64,000 nucleotides of DNA from an uncultured delta proteobacterium (lineage in GTDB: Bacteria > Desulfobacterota > Binatia > DP-6): positions 1,056,001 through 1,120,000 of the forward strand of contig CAWFFN010000009.1 of assembly GCA_963815115.1 (NCBI GenBank), in the 5' to 3' direction. Positions 1 through 9,622 of this stretch are shown one piece after another. Numbering within the stretch: the first letter of the stretch is position 1; each line of letters starts with the position of its first letter. The notes under the pieces are model-generated. The model did not search any database and was not told where the DNA came from. It saw only the letters and a program-made list of their open reading frames with translations. The position numbers and the translations under genes are program-made.

Positions 1-61
1 CGGTCGGCACCGGGCCGACGTTGCAGGAGCTTGGCAGGGTCGTCAATACGACTGCTGAACG

Positions 62-870
62 ATGCGCCGCGCGAATCGTCCCACCAGACCGCTCGACGTC
101 GCGCGCGTGCTCGCCGCGCGGCGAAGGCATGGGCTGGTCGCGGTGTGGGATATCGACGGGACGCTCGCGCCCATCGCGCCGACGCCGGAGGAGGCCCGCG
201 TGCCGCCGGCCACGCGACAGGCGCTACGGCGGCTCGCCCGACGCCCGGACACGCTCGTCGGGGTGGTCTCCGGACGCCCCCTCGCCCAGGTCGTGCGCCT
301 GGTCGGGAGCTCGAACGTCTGGCTCGCCGGGGTTGCACGGGGGCGCCCGCCAGGTGCCAGGCGGACATGTGCGACACCTCTGGGGTCCGGTCGCGGCGCG
401 TCGCGGGGCGCGCCTGGCGCACGGACTCGCCGAGGCGCTGGCCGCAGTGCCCGGCGTGCGCATCGAGCCCAAGGGTCCCGTGGTCGCCGTGCACGTCCGC
501 GGCGTCGACGCAGCGGGCCGGGCGCAGGTGCGCCGGGTGGTGACACGCGCGCGGCCCCCAGGGTGGGTGGTGCTCGAGGGCCGGCGCGTCCTCGAACTCC
601 GGCCGCGCCGGCTCCCCAACAAGGCGGACGCCGTGCGCTGGATTGCGGCCCGGCGCCCGGCTGCCGTCGTGCTCTACGTCGGCGACGACGCTACGGACGA
701 GGAGGCCTTCGGCGCCCTCGGCCGGGGGGACTTTGCCGTGCGCGTCGAATCGCGCGCGGGCCCGCGCGGAGCGCGGCGGCGCTGCGGGGCGCACTCACGC
801 TCGCTGGAAGGTCGCCGGCCATGCCGGCGTCGCCCGCTTGATCGAACGGCTGTCCCGCAGCTCCGAGTGA
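62..870 (+). CDS. otsB: Trehalose-6-phosphate phosphatase (HAD IIB), split by two frameshifts (~330 and ~750-790)
   Basis: WDIDGTLAPI (HAD motif I) and VVSGR in frame 62; LHG, EPKG..VAVHVR, LELRP..NKADA, YVGDDATDEEAF in frame 21; C-terminal THARWKVAGHAGVARLIERL in frame 643 ending TGA 870. Confidence 0.85.
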
Positions 871-902
871 GCCGGCAGCCTCTCACCTCACCCGTGCGAG
901 CC

Positions 903-932
903 TTGTCGGCGCGGCGGCTTTCGGTGTAGCCC
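903..932 (+). promoter_or_regulatory. Putative sigma70-type promoter TTGTCG-N18-TAGCCC, 5 nt before ATG 938
   Basis: Same -35, same spacing and shared 14-mer CTTTCGGTGTAGCC as 3653-3682. Confidence 0.55.
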
Positions 933-937
933 ACCGT

Positions 938-2774
938 ATGGCCGCGAAGACGTTGCGCTCGGTTCGATCCCGCGAGGTGAAGGGTCCGGTCCCTCCCCGC
1001 CACGCTCGCGGGGGCAAGACCGCCGACCCGGTCACCAGCGAGATCATCCTCGGGGCGTTCGAGACCATCTGCTACGAGATGGCGACGCACGTGAGCCTCA
1101 CCGCCACGACGCCGATCCTGAACCAGTCGAACGAGCGCAACGCCACGATCCTCGACGCGCGCGGGCAGCTCGCCGCGCTGTCCGTCGGCATCCCGCAGTT
1201 CATGCTCTCGTCCACGCTGCCGGTGCGCTTCGCCGTCGAGTTCTTCGGCCAGGACGGCCTCTTCGACGGCGACGTGCTGGTCGCGAACGACCCCTACCAC
1301 GGCGGCGGCCACCTGCCCGACTACAACGTCTTCGCGCCGGTCTTCCACGACGGCGAGTGCGTGCTGATCGCATCGATCCAGTGCCATCACGCCGACACCG
1401 GCGGCGGCGCGCCGGGCGGCTACAACGTCGAACGCCCCCGACATCTGGGCCGAGGGCGTGCGCTTCCCGGCGCTCAAGATCTACGAGCGCGGCGAGAAGC
1501 GGCGCGACGTCGAGTACATGATGGCGGTCAACAACCGCACTCCCACCTTCCTGGGCGACCTGCGCGCGCAGGTCGGGGCGGCGCAGCTGGGCGTCCGGCG
1601 CCTGCGCGAGCTCCTCGGGCGCTTCGGCACGGAGGCGGTGCGGGGCGCGGTGCGGAGCGTGATCGCGTTCGCCAAGCGGCGCTTCCGCGAGGAGGTCGCG
1701 AAGTGGCCCGACGGCGTCTACGAGTCGGACGTCTACGTCGACCAGGATCCGCACGGGAACCAGGACATCCACGTCCACTGCAAGGTGACCGTGCAGGGAT
1801 CGGACCTCACGCTCGACTTCACCGGCTCCGACACGCGCTCCGAGATCCAGGCCTACTCCACCTTCGGCAACACGCGCGGCTACGTGGTGGCGCAGCTCGC
1901 CTCCATGATGGATCCCGACGCATTCCGAAGAACGAGGGCTTCTTCGAGTCGATCGATCTGATCGTGCCGAAGGGCTGCTGTCTCAACCCGCCCGAGGGCC
2001 GGTCGGTGGCGGCCGGGACGCACCATCCCGGCACCGAGGTCGGCGAGGCGATCGCGAAGGCGCTGCAGCAGGTGGTCCCGGAGCGGAGCTGCCCGCAGGT
2101 CTACAAGATGGGCATGCCGACGGTGATCTTCGGGACCAACCCGCGCACCGGGCAGCTCTTCATCGACCACTCGGTGGACACCTTCGCGGCCTACTGCGGC
2201 GCCGTGAAGGGTCAGGACGGCTGGGGCGGCCACAACGTGTCCTTCGGCAACCTGATCCGCGCCACCGGCGAGATCAACGAGGCCATCTTCCCGGTGCGCC
2301 ACCTGTGGCGCGACTACGAGGCCGACAGCGGCGGCGCGGGCGAGTACCGCGGCAACTGCGGCAGCCTCTACCGCAAGCAGATGCTGGTGCCGGCGACGGT
2401 CTACACCTACGTCGTCGGCAAGCGGTATCCCATGCCCGGCATCGCGGGCGGCCGTCCCGGCTCGCTCGAATCGACTGATGGTGCGCGCGGGCGGACCGGC
2501 GGTGCACGAGGTCGGCGAGAAGGCGGGCTACATCGAGCACGAGGCCGGCGAGTGCTACGAGTACCACTACGGCGGAGGCGGTGGCTGGGGCGATCCGCTC
2601 GACCGGCCCGCGGAGCGGGTGCTCGACGACGTGCTCGACGAGTACGTCTCGGTGGAGGGTGCGCGACGCGACTACGGCGTCGTGCTGGCGGGCGACCTCT
2701 GGGACCTCACGCTGGCGATCGACCGCGACGCGACCGAGCGGCTGCGCGCCGAGATGCGGGGCACGCGTGGCTGA
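938..2774 (+). CDS. Hydantoinase B/oxoprolinase family protein, frameshifted at ~1430, ~1920, ~2468
   Basis: NDPYHGGGHLPD, CHHADTGG, DIWAEG, LDFTGS, IPKNEG, DSGGAGEYRG and GGGGGWGDP motifs distributed over ORFs 938, 1458 and 2478. Confidence 0.88.
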
Positions 2775-3180
2775 CACGCCGCGCATCACCGTCGAGGAGA
2801 TCGCGGGCCGGCCGCGCGCGTCGAGCGGTTCGCCCTTCGAGCCGATCGTGGGCTACTGCCGGGCGGTGCGCAGCGGCAATCTCATCACCGTGAGCGGCAC
2901 CGTGGGGATGAACGACGATCGCACCTATCCGCGCACCGCGGCGGAGCAGACCCGGCGTTCGCTCGCCATCATCGCGGCTGCCATCGAGGCCCTCGGCGGA
3001 CGCCTCGAGCACGTCGTGCGGACGCGCATCTTCGTCACCGACATCGGAACCCTCGAGGAGATCGGCCGGGTCCACGGAGAGATGTTCGGCGCCATCCGCC
3101 CCGCGACGAGCATGGTCGAGGTATCGCGACTCGTCGGTGACGCCGTGGTGGAGATCGAGGCCGACGCCGTCATCCCGTGA
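2767..3180 (+). CDS. RidA/YjgF family protein
   Basis: SSGSPFEPIVGYCRAVR, VSGT, IRPATSMVEV, VEIEADA; GTG start overlaps upstream gene end. Confidence 0.88.
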   Translation: MADTPRITVEEIAGRPRASSGSPFEPIVGYCRAVRSGNLITVSGTVGMNDDRTYPRTAAEQTRRSLAIIAAAIEALGGRLEHVVRTRIFVTDIGTLEEIGRVHGEMFGAIRPATSMVEVSRLVGDAVVEIEADAVIP

Positions 3181-3626
3181 CGCCGGCCGACCTGGAGCTG
3201 CGGCGCGCGAGCCTCGACGAGATCCTTCGGCTTCGCCATGCCGAGCTCCGTCCCGACCGGCCGCTGTCGACGGCCCGGTTCGACGGCGACGACGATCCCG
3301 GCACGCGCCACTTCGGCGCCTTCCTCCGCGCCACCGGCGAGCTGGTTGGCTGCGTGTCCTCCATGCGGCAGTCGCGGGCGGGCGCGCCTGCCTGGCAGGT
3401 GCGCGGGATGGCGACGCGCGGCGATCTGGTGCGTCGCGGTATCGGGCGCGCGCTCCTCGCGTACACCGTCGCCGCGCTCCGCGTGGAGGACGGCCCGCGC
3501 TTGCTCTGGTGCAATGCGCGGGTGGCGGCGCTGGGCTTCTGGGAGCGCGAAGGATGGGACGTCGCGTCCGACGTCTTCGACATCCCCGACGTCGGGCCCC
3601 ATCGGGTCATGCAGCGGGTGCTCTGA
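3177..3626 (+). CDS. GNAT family N-acetyltransferase
   Basis: QVRGMAT..RRGIGRALL acetyl-CoA motif A; WCNARVAALGFW; GPH..M. Confidence 0.88.
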   Translation: MTPADLELRRASLDEILRLRHAELRPDRPLSTARFDGDDDPGTRHFGAFLRATGELVGCVSSMRQSRAGAPAWQVRGMATRGDLVRRGIGRALLAYTVAALRVEDGPRLLWCNARVAALGFWEREGWDVASDVFDIPDVGPHRVMQRVL

Positions 3627-3652
3627 CTGGCGGCAGCCGAGTGCCGCATCTC

Positions 3653-3682
3653 TTGTCGCTCGCGTCCCTTTCGGTGTAGCCA
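3653..3682 (+). promoter_or_regulatory. Putative promoter TTGTCG-N18-TAGCCA, 6 nt before GTG 3689
   Basis: Counterpart of 903-932. Confidence 0.55.
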
Positions 3683-3688
3683 CCCCGC

Positions 3689-5749
3689 GTGGCGCGTCCG
3701 ACCTATCGCATCGGCATCGACGTCGGCGGCACGTTCACCGACCTCGTGCTGGTCCGGAACGGCGGCCTGATTCTGGACAAGCACCCGACGACGCCGCGCG
3801 ACCAGTCCGAGGGCGTGCTCGGCGGCCTGCGCCAGCTCGCGGCGCGGGAGGAAGCGACGCTCGCGCAGCTGCTGGGGCGTACCGAGCTGATCGTCCACGG
3901 CACGACCACGGCCGACAACACGATGATCGAGATGTCGGGCGCCACGACGGGTCTCGTCACCAGCGACGGCCACCGCGACGAGATCGAGATCCGCCGTGGC
4001 TACAAGGAGGACATCTGGAATCCGGCGCTACCGCCGCCGCAGCCGATCTGTCCGCGCCGCCGCCGCTATGGCGTGCCCGAACGGCTCGACTTCGAGGGCC
4101 AGGTGCTGGTGCCGCTCGACGAGGAGGCGGTGCGGCGCGCGCTGCGCCGGATGCGGCGGCAGGGCGTCGACTCGCTCGCCGTCGTGCTGCTCTTCTCGTT
4201 CGTCAATCCGGCGCACGAGCGCCGGGTGCGCGAGCTGGCGGCCGAGGAGCTGCCGGGCGCGATGATCTCGCTGTCACACGAGGTCATGCCCGCGGCGCCG
4301 GAGTTCGAGCGCACCAGCACCACGCTGGTGAACGCCTACGTCGGACCGAGGATCGAGCGGTACCTGAGCCGCCTCGACGACCGCCTGCGCGAGGCGGGCT
4401 TCCGGGGCGAGCTGCTCATCATGCAGTCGAACGGTGGCGTCATGCCGGGCGGCTACGTCGCCCAGAAGGCCGTCGCGGTGATGGGATCGGGGCCCGCGGG
4501 CGGCGTCATGGGCGCGACCGCGGTCGCCGGCGCGGCGGGCGTCCGCGACTTCATCTCCGTCGACATGGGCGGCACGAGCTACGACGTCTGCCTGGTGCGC
4601 GGCGGCCGGCCGGAGGTGCGGTCGGGCTGGAACTGGCACCACCGCTATCTCGTGGGGCTGCCCATGGTCGACGTCGAGACGGTGGGCGCCGGCGGCGGCT
4701 CGATCGCCCGCGTCGAGTCCGGGGCGCTGCGCGTGGGACCGGAGAGCGCGGGGGCCGAGCCGGGTCCGGTGTGCTATCGCCGCGGCGGCGTCGAGCCGAC
4801 CGTCACCGACGCCAACGTCGTCCTCGGCTACCTGAACCCCGACCGCTTCTCGGGGGGCACCATGCGGCTCGATCCCGAGGGCGCGCACGCGGCCGTGCGC
4901 ACGCGCATCGCGCAGCCGCTCCGGCTCTCCGTGGTCGAGGCGGCGGAAGGCATCTTCCGCCTGGTGAACGCCAACATGGCCAACGCCATTCGCAAGGCGA
5001 CCGCCCGCCGCGGCGTGGACCCGCGCGGTCTCACGCTGGTCGTCTTCGGCGGCAACGGTCCGCTGCACGCCGGCATGCAGGCCGCGGAGCTCGGCATCCG
5101 CCGCATCCTCGTGCCGAAGCTGTCGCCGGCGTTCTCCGCGCTCGGGCTGCTGCTCACCGACCACGTGGTGGACGAGATGCGCTCCTACGTGACGCCGGCG
5201 AGCCAGGTGGACCTGGCACGCGTGAATCGGCTGTTCGGGGAGATGGAGGAGTCGGCGCGGGCGGCGCTCGCCGGCAGCGGCCGCAAACGCCGGCTGCGCC
5301 TGGAGCGCCTGGCGGCGCTCTGCTACCCGGGCCAGACCTTCGACATGCCCGTCCCGCTGCCGGTCCGGGCGGGCGCGGTGACGGCACGCACGTTTGCCGA
5401 CACCGTCGAACGGTTCCACGCCCTCCACGAGGAGCTGCACACCTACGCCAGCCGCGATCAGGAGCCCATCCTGCGCGGGCTGCGCGTGAAGGCCGTCGCG
5501 CTCGAGCGCAAGCCCGCGCTGCCGCGGCTCTCGCGTCGCGCTGCCATCGACGCGCGGCGCGGCGCTCGCAAGGCGTTCTTCCGGGGCCGCTTCGTCGCGA
5601 CGCCGGTGTACGACGGCCCGCGCCTGGCGCCCGGCCACGCGATCCTCGGGCCGGCGATCGTCGAGGAACCCTTCACGACGATCGTGGTCTATCCCGGGCA
5701 GCGCGTGACCGTCGATCCGCACGGCAACTTCGTCATCACCCTCGGCTAG
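3689..5749 (+). CDS. Hydantoinase A/oxoprolinase family protein (ATP-binding subunit)
   Basis: IGIDVGGTFTD, HGTT, SGPAGG, DMGGTS, GAGGGS, GPESAGAEPGP, PTVTDAN. Confidence 0.93.
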   Translation: MARPTYRIGIDVGGTFTDLVLVRNGGLILDKHPTTPRDQSEGVLGGLRQLAAREEATLAQLLGRTELIVHGTTTADNTMIEMSGATTGLVTSDGHRDEIEIRRGYKEDIWNPALPPPQPICPRRRRYGVPERLDFEGQVLVPLDEEAVRRALRRMRRQGVDSLAVVLLFSFVNPAHERRVRELAAEELPGAMISLSHEVMPAAPEFERTSTTLVNAYVGPRIERYLSRLDDRLREAGFRGELLIMQSNGGVMPGGYVAQKAVAVMGSGPAGGVMGATAVAGAAGVRDFISVDMGGTSYDVCLVRGGRPEVRSGWNWHHRYLVGLPMVDVETVGAGGGSIARVESGALRVGPESAGAEPGPVCYRRGGVEPTVTDANVVLGYLNPDRFSGGTMRLDPEGAHAAVRTRIAQPLRLSVVEAAEGIFRLVNANMANAIRKATARRGVDPRGLTLVVFGGNGPLHAGMQAAELGIRRILVPKLSPAFSALGLLLTDHVVDEMRSYVTPASQVDLARVNRLFGEMEESARAALAGSGRKRRLRLERLAALCYPGQTFDMPVPLPVRAGAVTARTFADTVERFHALHEELHTYASRDQEPILRGLRVKAVALERKPALPRLSRRAAIDARRGARKAFFRGRFVATPVYDGPRLAPGHAILGPAIVEEPFTTIVVYPGQRVTVDPHGNFVITLG

Positions 5750-5751
5750 GA

Positions 5752-5782
5752 GAGCGACCCGAGACGGAGTCTCGGGTCGCTC
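5752..5782. terminator. Perfect 14-bp hairpin between convergent genes (possible bidirectional terminator)
   Basis: GAGCGACCCGAGAC-GGA-GTCTCGGGTCGCTC; no U-tract. Confidence 0.6.
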
Positions 5783-5785
5783 GCG

Positions 5786-8293
5786 CTACCGCCGCCGCGG
5801 GGTCGCGGTCAGGGGATCCTCCGGCCACGCGTGCCGGGGGTAGCGCCCACGAAGCTGCTTCCGGACCTCGAAGTAGGTCGTGCGCCAGAAGCTCGCCAGG
5901 TCGTCGGTCACCTGCACCGGCCGCTGGTTGGGCGCGAGCAGCTGCACGACGAGCGGCACGCGTCCGCCCGCGAGGCGCGGCGTCGCGGACAGCCCGAAGA
6001 GCTCCTGGATGCGCGCGGCGACCGTCGGTGGCCGATCGCGCTCGTAGAGGACGGGTGCGAGCCGGCCGGTCGGCAGGCGGTACGAGGCGGGCGCGTCGCG
6101 CTCGAGCGCGCTCCGCTGCGCGTGGTCGAGCAGCCCGCGCACCGCACCGCCGAGGTCGGCCTCACGCAGCTCGGCGACGCTCCGGCGGCCCGCCGCGAGA
6201 GCCGGCACGGCGGCGGCGAGCAGCTCGTCGGGGCTCGGCATCGCCAGCTCCGGCATGGCCCGCGCCAGGAAGCGCAGGCGCGCGAGCAACGGGTCCGCGT
6301 CCGCGGCGACGCGCGCCAGCAGGACGGGGTCGGCCACCACGGCGGCGGCCAGCAGCTCGCCCGCCGCCGTGCGATCTGCCGTGCCGCGCACCGATTCGGC
6401 GAGCACGAGGTCGGCGTAGTGCTCGCGGCTGCGCTCGACGACCGCCTCGCGCTGCCGATCGAAGATCAGCGTGCGCTCGGCGGTGATCGCGCCGGGGAAG
6501 AGCGCTTCGAGCCACTCGCGGCGCACCTGGCTGGCGACGCCCACGACCGCCTCGGTTCCTCGCCCGCCGGCACGAAGGTCGATGGCGACGAACAGCTCGG
6601 CGTCACGCACGACGCTCTCCGGCGCGAGCACCACGCCGGTACCGCCCGCCATGACGGCGCGTGCCTCGCCGGGCGCGCGGCGGCGGCATACCCGATCGGG
6701 GAACCCGGCCAGCGCGCAGCGCAGCAGCGTCTCGGGGTCGCCGTCGGCGAGGGCTGCACCGCCGCCGCGGGCGAGCTGGCGACGGGCGTGCTCGACGGCC
6801 CGCACGGCGCGCGGGTCGAGGTCGAGGGCGCGGCACGCGTCGAGCGAGAAGCCGCGCCGTGCCGCCTCGTGGAACAGATCCATGCGCAGCAGCAGATCCG
6901 ACGGTCCGGCCGGCCGGTCCCGGGACGCGCCGCCGCCGAAGGCGCGGCCGGCGAGCAGGATGTCGCGCTCCCCGGCCAGTGCCGCGAGGAGCGCGCCGGC
7001 GGCGCCGCAGCCCGCACGCTCCGCCTCGAGCTGCATGCGCGCCAGCCGCGGCGAGGCGGGCAGCTCGAGCAGGCGCCGGCCGGTGTCGGTGATCGCGCCG
7101 CTCGCTTCCTGGACGGCGCCGAGCTGCACCAGCAGGCGCTCGGCATGGTCGACGGCTGGGCGCGGAGGCGGATCGAGCCAGGGCAGGCCGGCCGCGTCAC
7201 GCAGCCCCCAGGCGCGCAGCTCGAGCACCGTGCGGGTCAGGTCGAGTCGCAGGATCTCCGGCGTTTCGTGCGCGCGCCGGCCGCGGTCCTCCTCGCGGCT
7301 CCACAGGCGGACGCAGCGGCCCGGCCCCAGGCGTCCGGCGCGACCGCTGCGCTGCTCGGCGGACGCGCGGCTGATGGACGTCACCACGAGCCGGTCGAGC
7401 CCGCGGCGCGGGTCGAAGCGGGCGAGGCGCACGAGCCCGGAGTCGATGACCGTCGTGACGCCCTCGACCGTGAGCGCGGTCTCGGCCACGTTGGTCGCCA
7501 GCACGACGCGTCGGCGCGGTCCCGCGCGCAGCGCGCGCTGCTGGGCGTCGAGGGGCTGGTCACCGTGCAGCGCGACGACGTCGACGTCGCGCAGCTCGGC
7601 GAGCCGCTCGAGCGCCTCGGCGGTGCGCCGGATCTCCGCGGCGCCGGGCAGGAAGACGAGCGCGTCGCCGTCTGCCAGCAGCGGCGGGAGCACGGCCGCG
7701 ACGTGCTCGGCCAGCCGGCGGCCCGGCGGGACCGGTACCCAGCTCGTGGTGACCGGATGCGCGCGGCCTTCCGAGGTCAGCACCGTCGCCTCCGGCAGGT
7801 GAGCCGCGAGCGCCCCGGTCGCCAGCGTGGCCGACATGACGGCGAGCTTCAGGTCGGGCCGCACGGTGTCCTGGAGCTCGCGGACCACGGCGAGCGCGAG
7901 GTCACCCTGCAGGTGGCGCTCGTGGAACTCGTCGAGGACGACGACGCCCACGCCATCCAGGAACGGGTCGCGAGCCAGCCGCCGCCCGAAGACGCCCTCG
8001 GTGACGAACCAGAGACGCGTGGCCGCGCCGCCGCGCTGCTCGAAGCGCACCGCGTAGCCCACCTCGCCGCCGACGGCGCCGCCGCGGCTGCCGGCCACGA
8101 ACGCCGCCGCCGCGCGCGCGGCGATGCGCCGCGGCTCGAGCACCAGCACGCAGCCGCCGCCGGCCGCGCCCGCATCGAGAAGCGCCGCGGGCACGCGCGT
8201 CGTCTTGCCGGCCCCGGGCGCGGCCCGGAGGACGAGACGCGTGCCGCGCGCGAGGGCGTCCACCACGGGCGGCAGCAGCGCGTCGATGGGCAG
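5786..8293 (-). CDS. hrpB: ATP-dependent helicase HrpB (start uncertain)
   Basis: LPID, APGAGKTT, EPRRIAAR, DEFHER, MSAT, ATNVAETALT, QRSGRAGR, and C-terminal LLAPNQRPVQVTDDLASFW..Y..VRKQLRGRYPRHAWP. Confidence 0.93.
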   Translation of the reverse strand: MPIDALLPPVVDALARGTRLVLRAAPGAGKTTRVPAALLDAGAAGGGCVLVLEPRRIAARAAAAFVAGSRGGAVGGEVGYAVRFEQRGGAATRLWFVTEGVFGRRLARDPFLDGVGVVVLDEFHERHLQGDLALAVVRELQDTVRPDLKLAVMSATLATGALAAHLPEATVLTSEGRAHPVTTSWVPVPPGRRLAEHVAAVLPPLLADGDALVFLPGAAEIRRTAEALERLAELRDVDVVALHGDQPLDAQQRALRAGPRRRVVLATNVAETALTVEGVTTVIDSGLVRLARFDPRRGLDRLVVTSISRASAEQRSGRAGRLGPGRCVRLWSREEDRGRRAHETPEILRLDLTRTVLELRAWGLRDAAGLPWLDPPPRPAVDHAERLLVQLGAVQEASGAITDTGRRLLELPASPRLARMQLEAERAGCGAAGALLAALAGERDILLAGRAFGGGASRDRPAGPSDLLLRMDLFHEAARRGFSLDACRALDLDPRAVRAVEHARRQLARGGGAALADGDPETLLRCALAGFPDRVCRRRAPGEARAVMAGGTGVVLAPESVVRDAELFVAIDLRAGGRGTEAVVGVASQVRREWLEALFPGAITAERTLIFDRQREAVVERSREHYADLVLAESVRGTADRTAAGELLAAAVVADPVLLARVAADADPLLARLRFLARAMPELAMPSPDELLAAAVPALAAGRRSVAELREADLGGAVRGLLDHAQRSALERDAPASYRLPTGRLAPVLYERDRPPTVAARIQELFGLSATPRLAGGRVPLVVQLLAPNQRPVQVTDDLASFWRTTYFEVRKQLRGRYPRHAWPEDPLTATPRRR

Positions 8294-8342
8294 CGCCTCC
8301 CTGCTTGCTGCCGACGACGGCGCTCGGCTAGAGGAGCCGTCC

Positions 8343-9614
8343 ATGGCCGCGTCGATGGTGACCACCGACCCCATGACCGCCACGCCGGCGTTCTTCGGAA
8401 CGCCCGCGGAGGTCGCGCCGGACGTGTTCATGCACCCGGCGTTCGTCAACACGTATGCGCTGCGGACGCCCGCTGGCCTGGTCCTGGTCGACCCGGGGCT
8501 CGGCTACGGCATGTACGCCGTACGCGAGGCCGTGCGGGGCTGGAGCGATGCGCCGCTCCGCGTCGCCGTGTACACCCACGGCCACGCCGATCACGCCTTC
8601 GGCCTGCGCGCGTGGCTCGAGCACGGCGAGCGGCCCGAGATCGTCGCCCAGGAGCGCTGCGTGGCGCGCTTTCACCGCTACCGGCTCATGCACGGCCTCA
8701 ACGCGCACATCAACCAGCGCCAGTTCAGCCTCCCGCGGCCGACCTTCCCCGAGCACTTCGACTGGCCGACGCTCCTGGTCCGCGATCGCCTCGCCCAGAA
8801 GCTCGGGGACGTCGAGGTGCAGTACACCGCCGCCCGGGGCGAGACCGACGACCATCTCTGGGTCTGGGTGCCGTCCCACCGCTATCTCTTCACCGGCGAC
8901 CTGATCATCTGGCAGGCCCCGAACTGCGGCAACCCGCAGAAGGTCCAGCGCTATCCCGAGGACTGGGCCGACGCGCTCGAGACCATGGCAGGGCTCGACG
9001 CCGAGTGGCTCTTTCCGGGCCACGGCCTCGCCGTGCAGGGTCGGGAGGCCGTCGCGCGCGTGCTGACCGAGACGGCGCGCTACCTGCGCGTGATCGTCGA
9101 CCAGGTGCGCGCACGCATGAACGCCGGCCAGACCGCGGACGAGATCGTCGACGCCGTCGAGCCCGACCCGGAGCTCGCGAGCCGGTCCTTCCTGCGCGCC
9201 ACCTACGACCATCCCAAGTTCATCGTGCGCAACCTGCTCCGCCTGTGGGGCGGGTGGTGGAACGGCAACGCGGCCGATCTGCTGCCCGCGACCCCGGCGT
9301 CGCGGGCCGCCGAGATCGCGCGCCTGGCCGGCGGCGTCGAGCGGCTGGTGGCGAGAGGGCGCGAGCTGCTCGAGGGCGGCGACGTGCAGCTCGCCTCGCA
9401 CCTCGCCGAGTGGGCGACGCGCGCGGCGCCCGACGACCGCGGAGCCCAGACGCTCAAGCGTGACGTCTACGCCCGCCGGCTCGAGGAGACCGAGGCGCTC
9501 ATGGCGCGCGGCATCTACCGTGCGGCGATGCAGGACGCGCAGCTCGCCCTGGGCGAGGAGGTGACGCGCAGCCTCGACCCGGGCATGACGTTCGGAGGAA
9601 GCGGACGGGTCTGA
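8343..9614 (+). CDS. Alkyl/aryl-sulfatase-like metallo-beta-lactamase fold hydrolase with dimerisation domain
   Basis: THGHADH, GETDDH, PNCGNPQKVQRY, PGHG, WGGWWNGNAADL. Confidence 0.82.
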   Translation: MAASMVTTDPMTATPAFFGTPAEVAPDVFMHPAFVNTYALRTPAGLVLVDPGLGYGMYAVREAVRGWSDAPLRVAVYTHGHADHAFGLRAWLEHGERPEIVAQERCVARFHRYRLMHGLNAHINQRQFSLPRPTFPEHFDWPTLLVRDRLAQKLGDVEVQYTAARGETDDHLWVWVPSHRYLFTGDLIIWQAPNCGNPQKVQRYPEDWADALETMAGLDAEWLFPGHGLAVQGREAVARVLTETARYLRVIVDQVRARMNAGQTADEIVDAVEPDPELASRSFLRATYDHPKFIVRNLLRLWGGWWNGNAADLLPATPASRAAEIARLAGGVERLVARGRELLEGGDVQLASHLAEWATRAAPDDRGAQTLKRDVYARRLEETEALMARGIYRAAMQDAQLALGEEVTRSLDPGMTFGGSGRV

Positions 9615-9622
9615 GAGACGCC

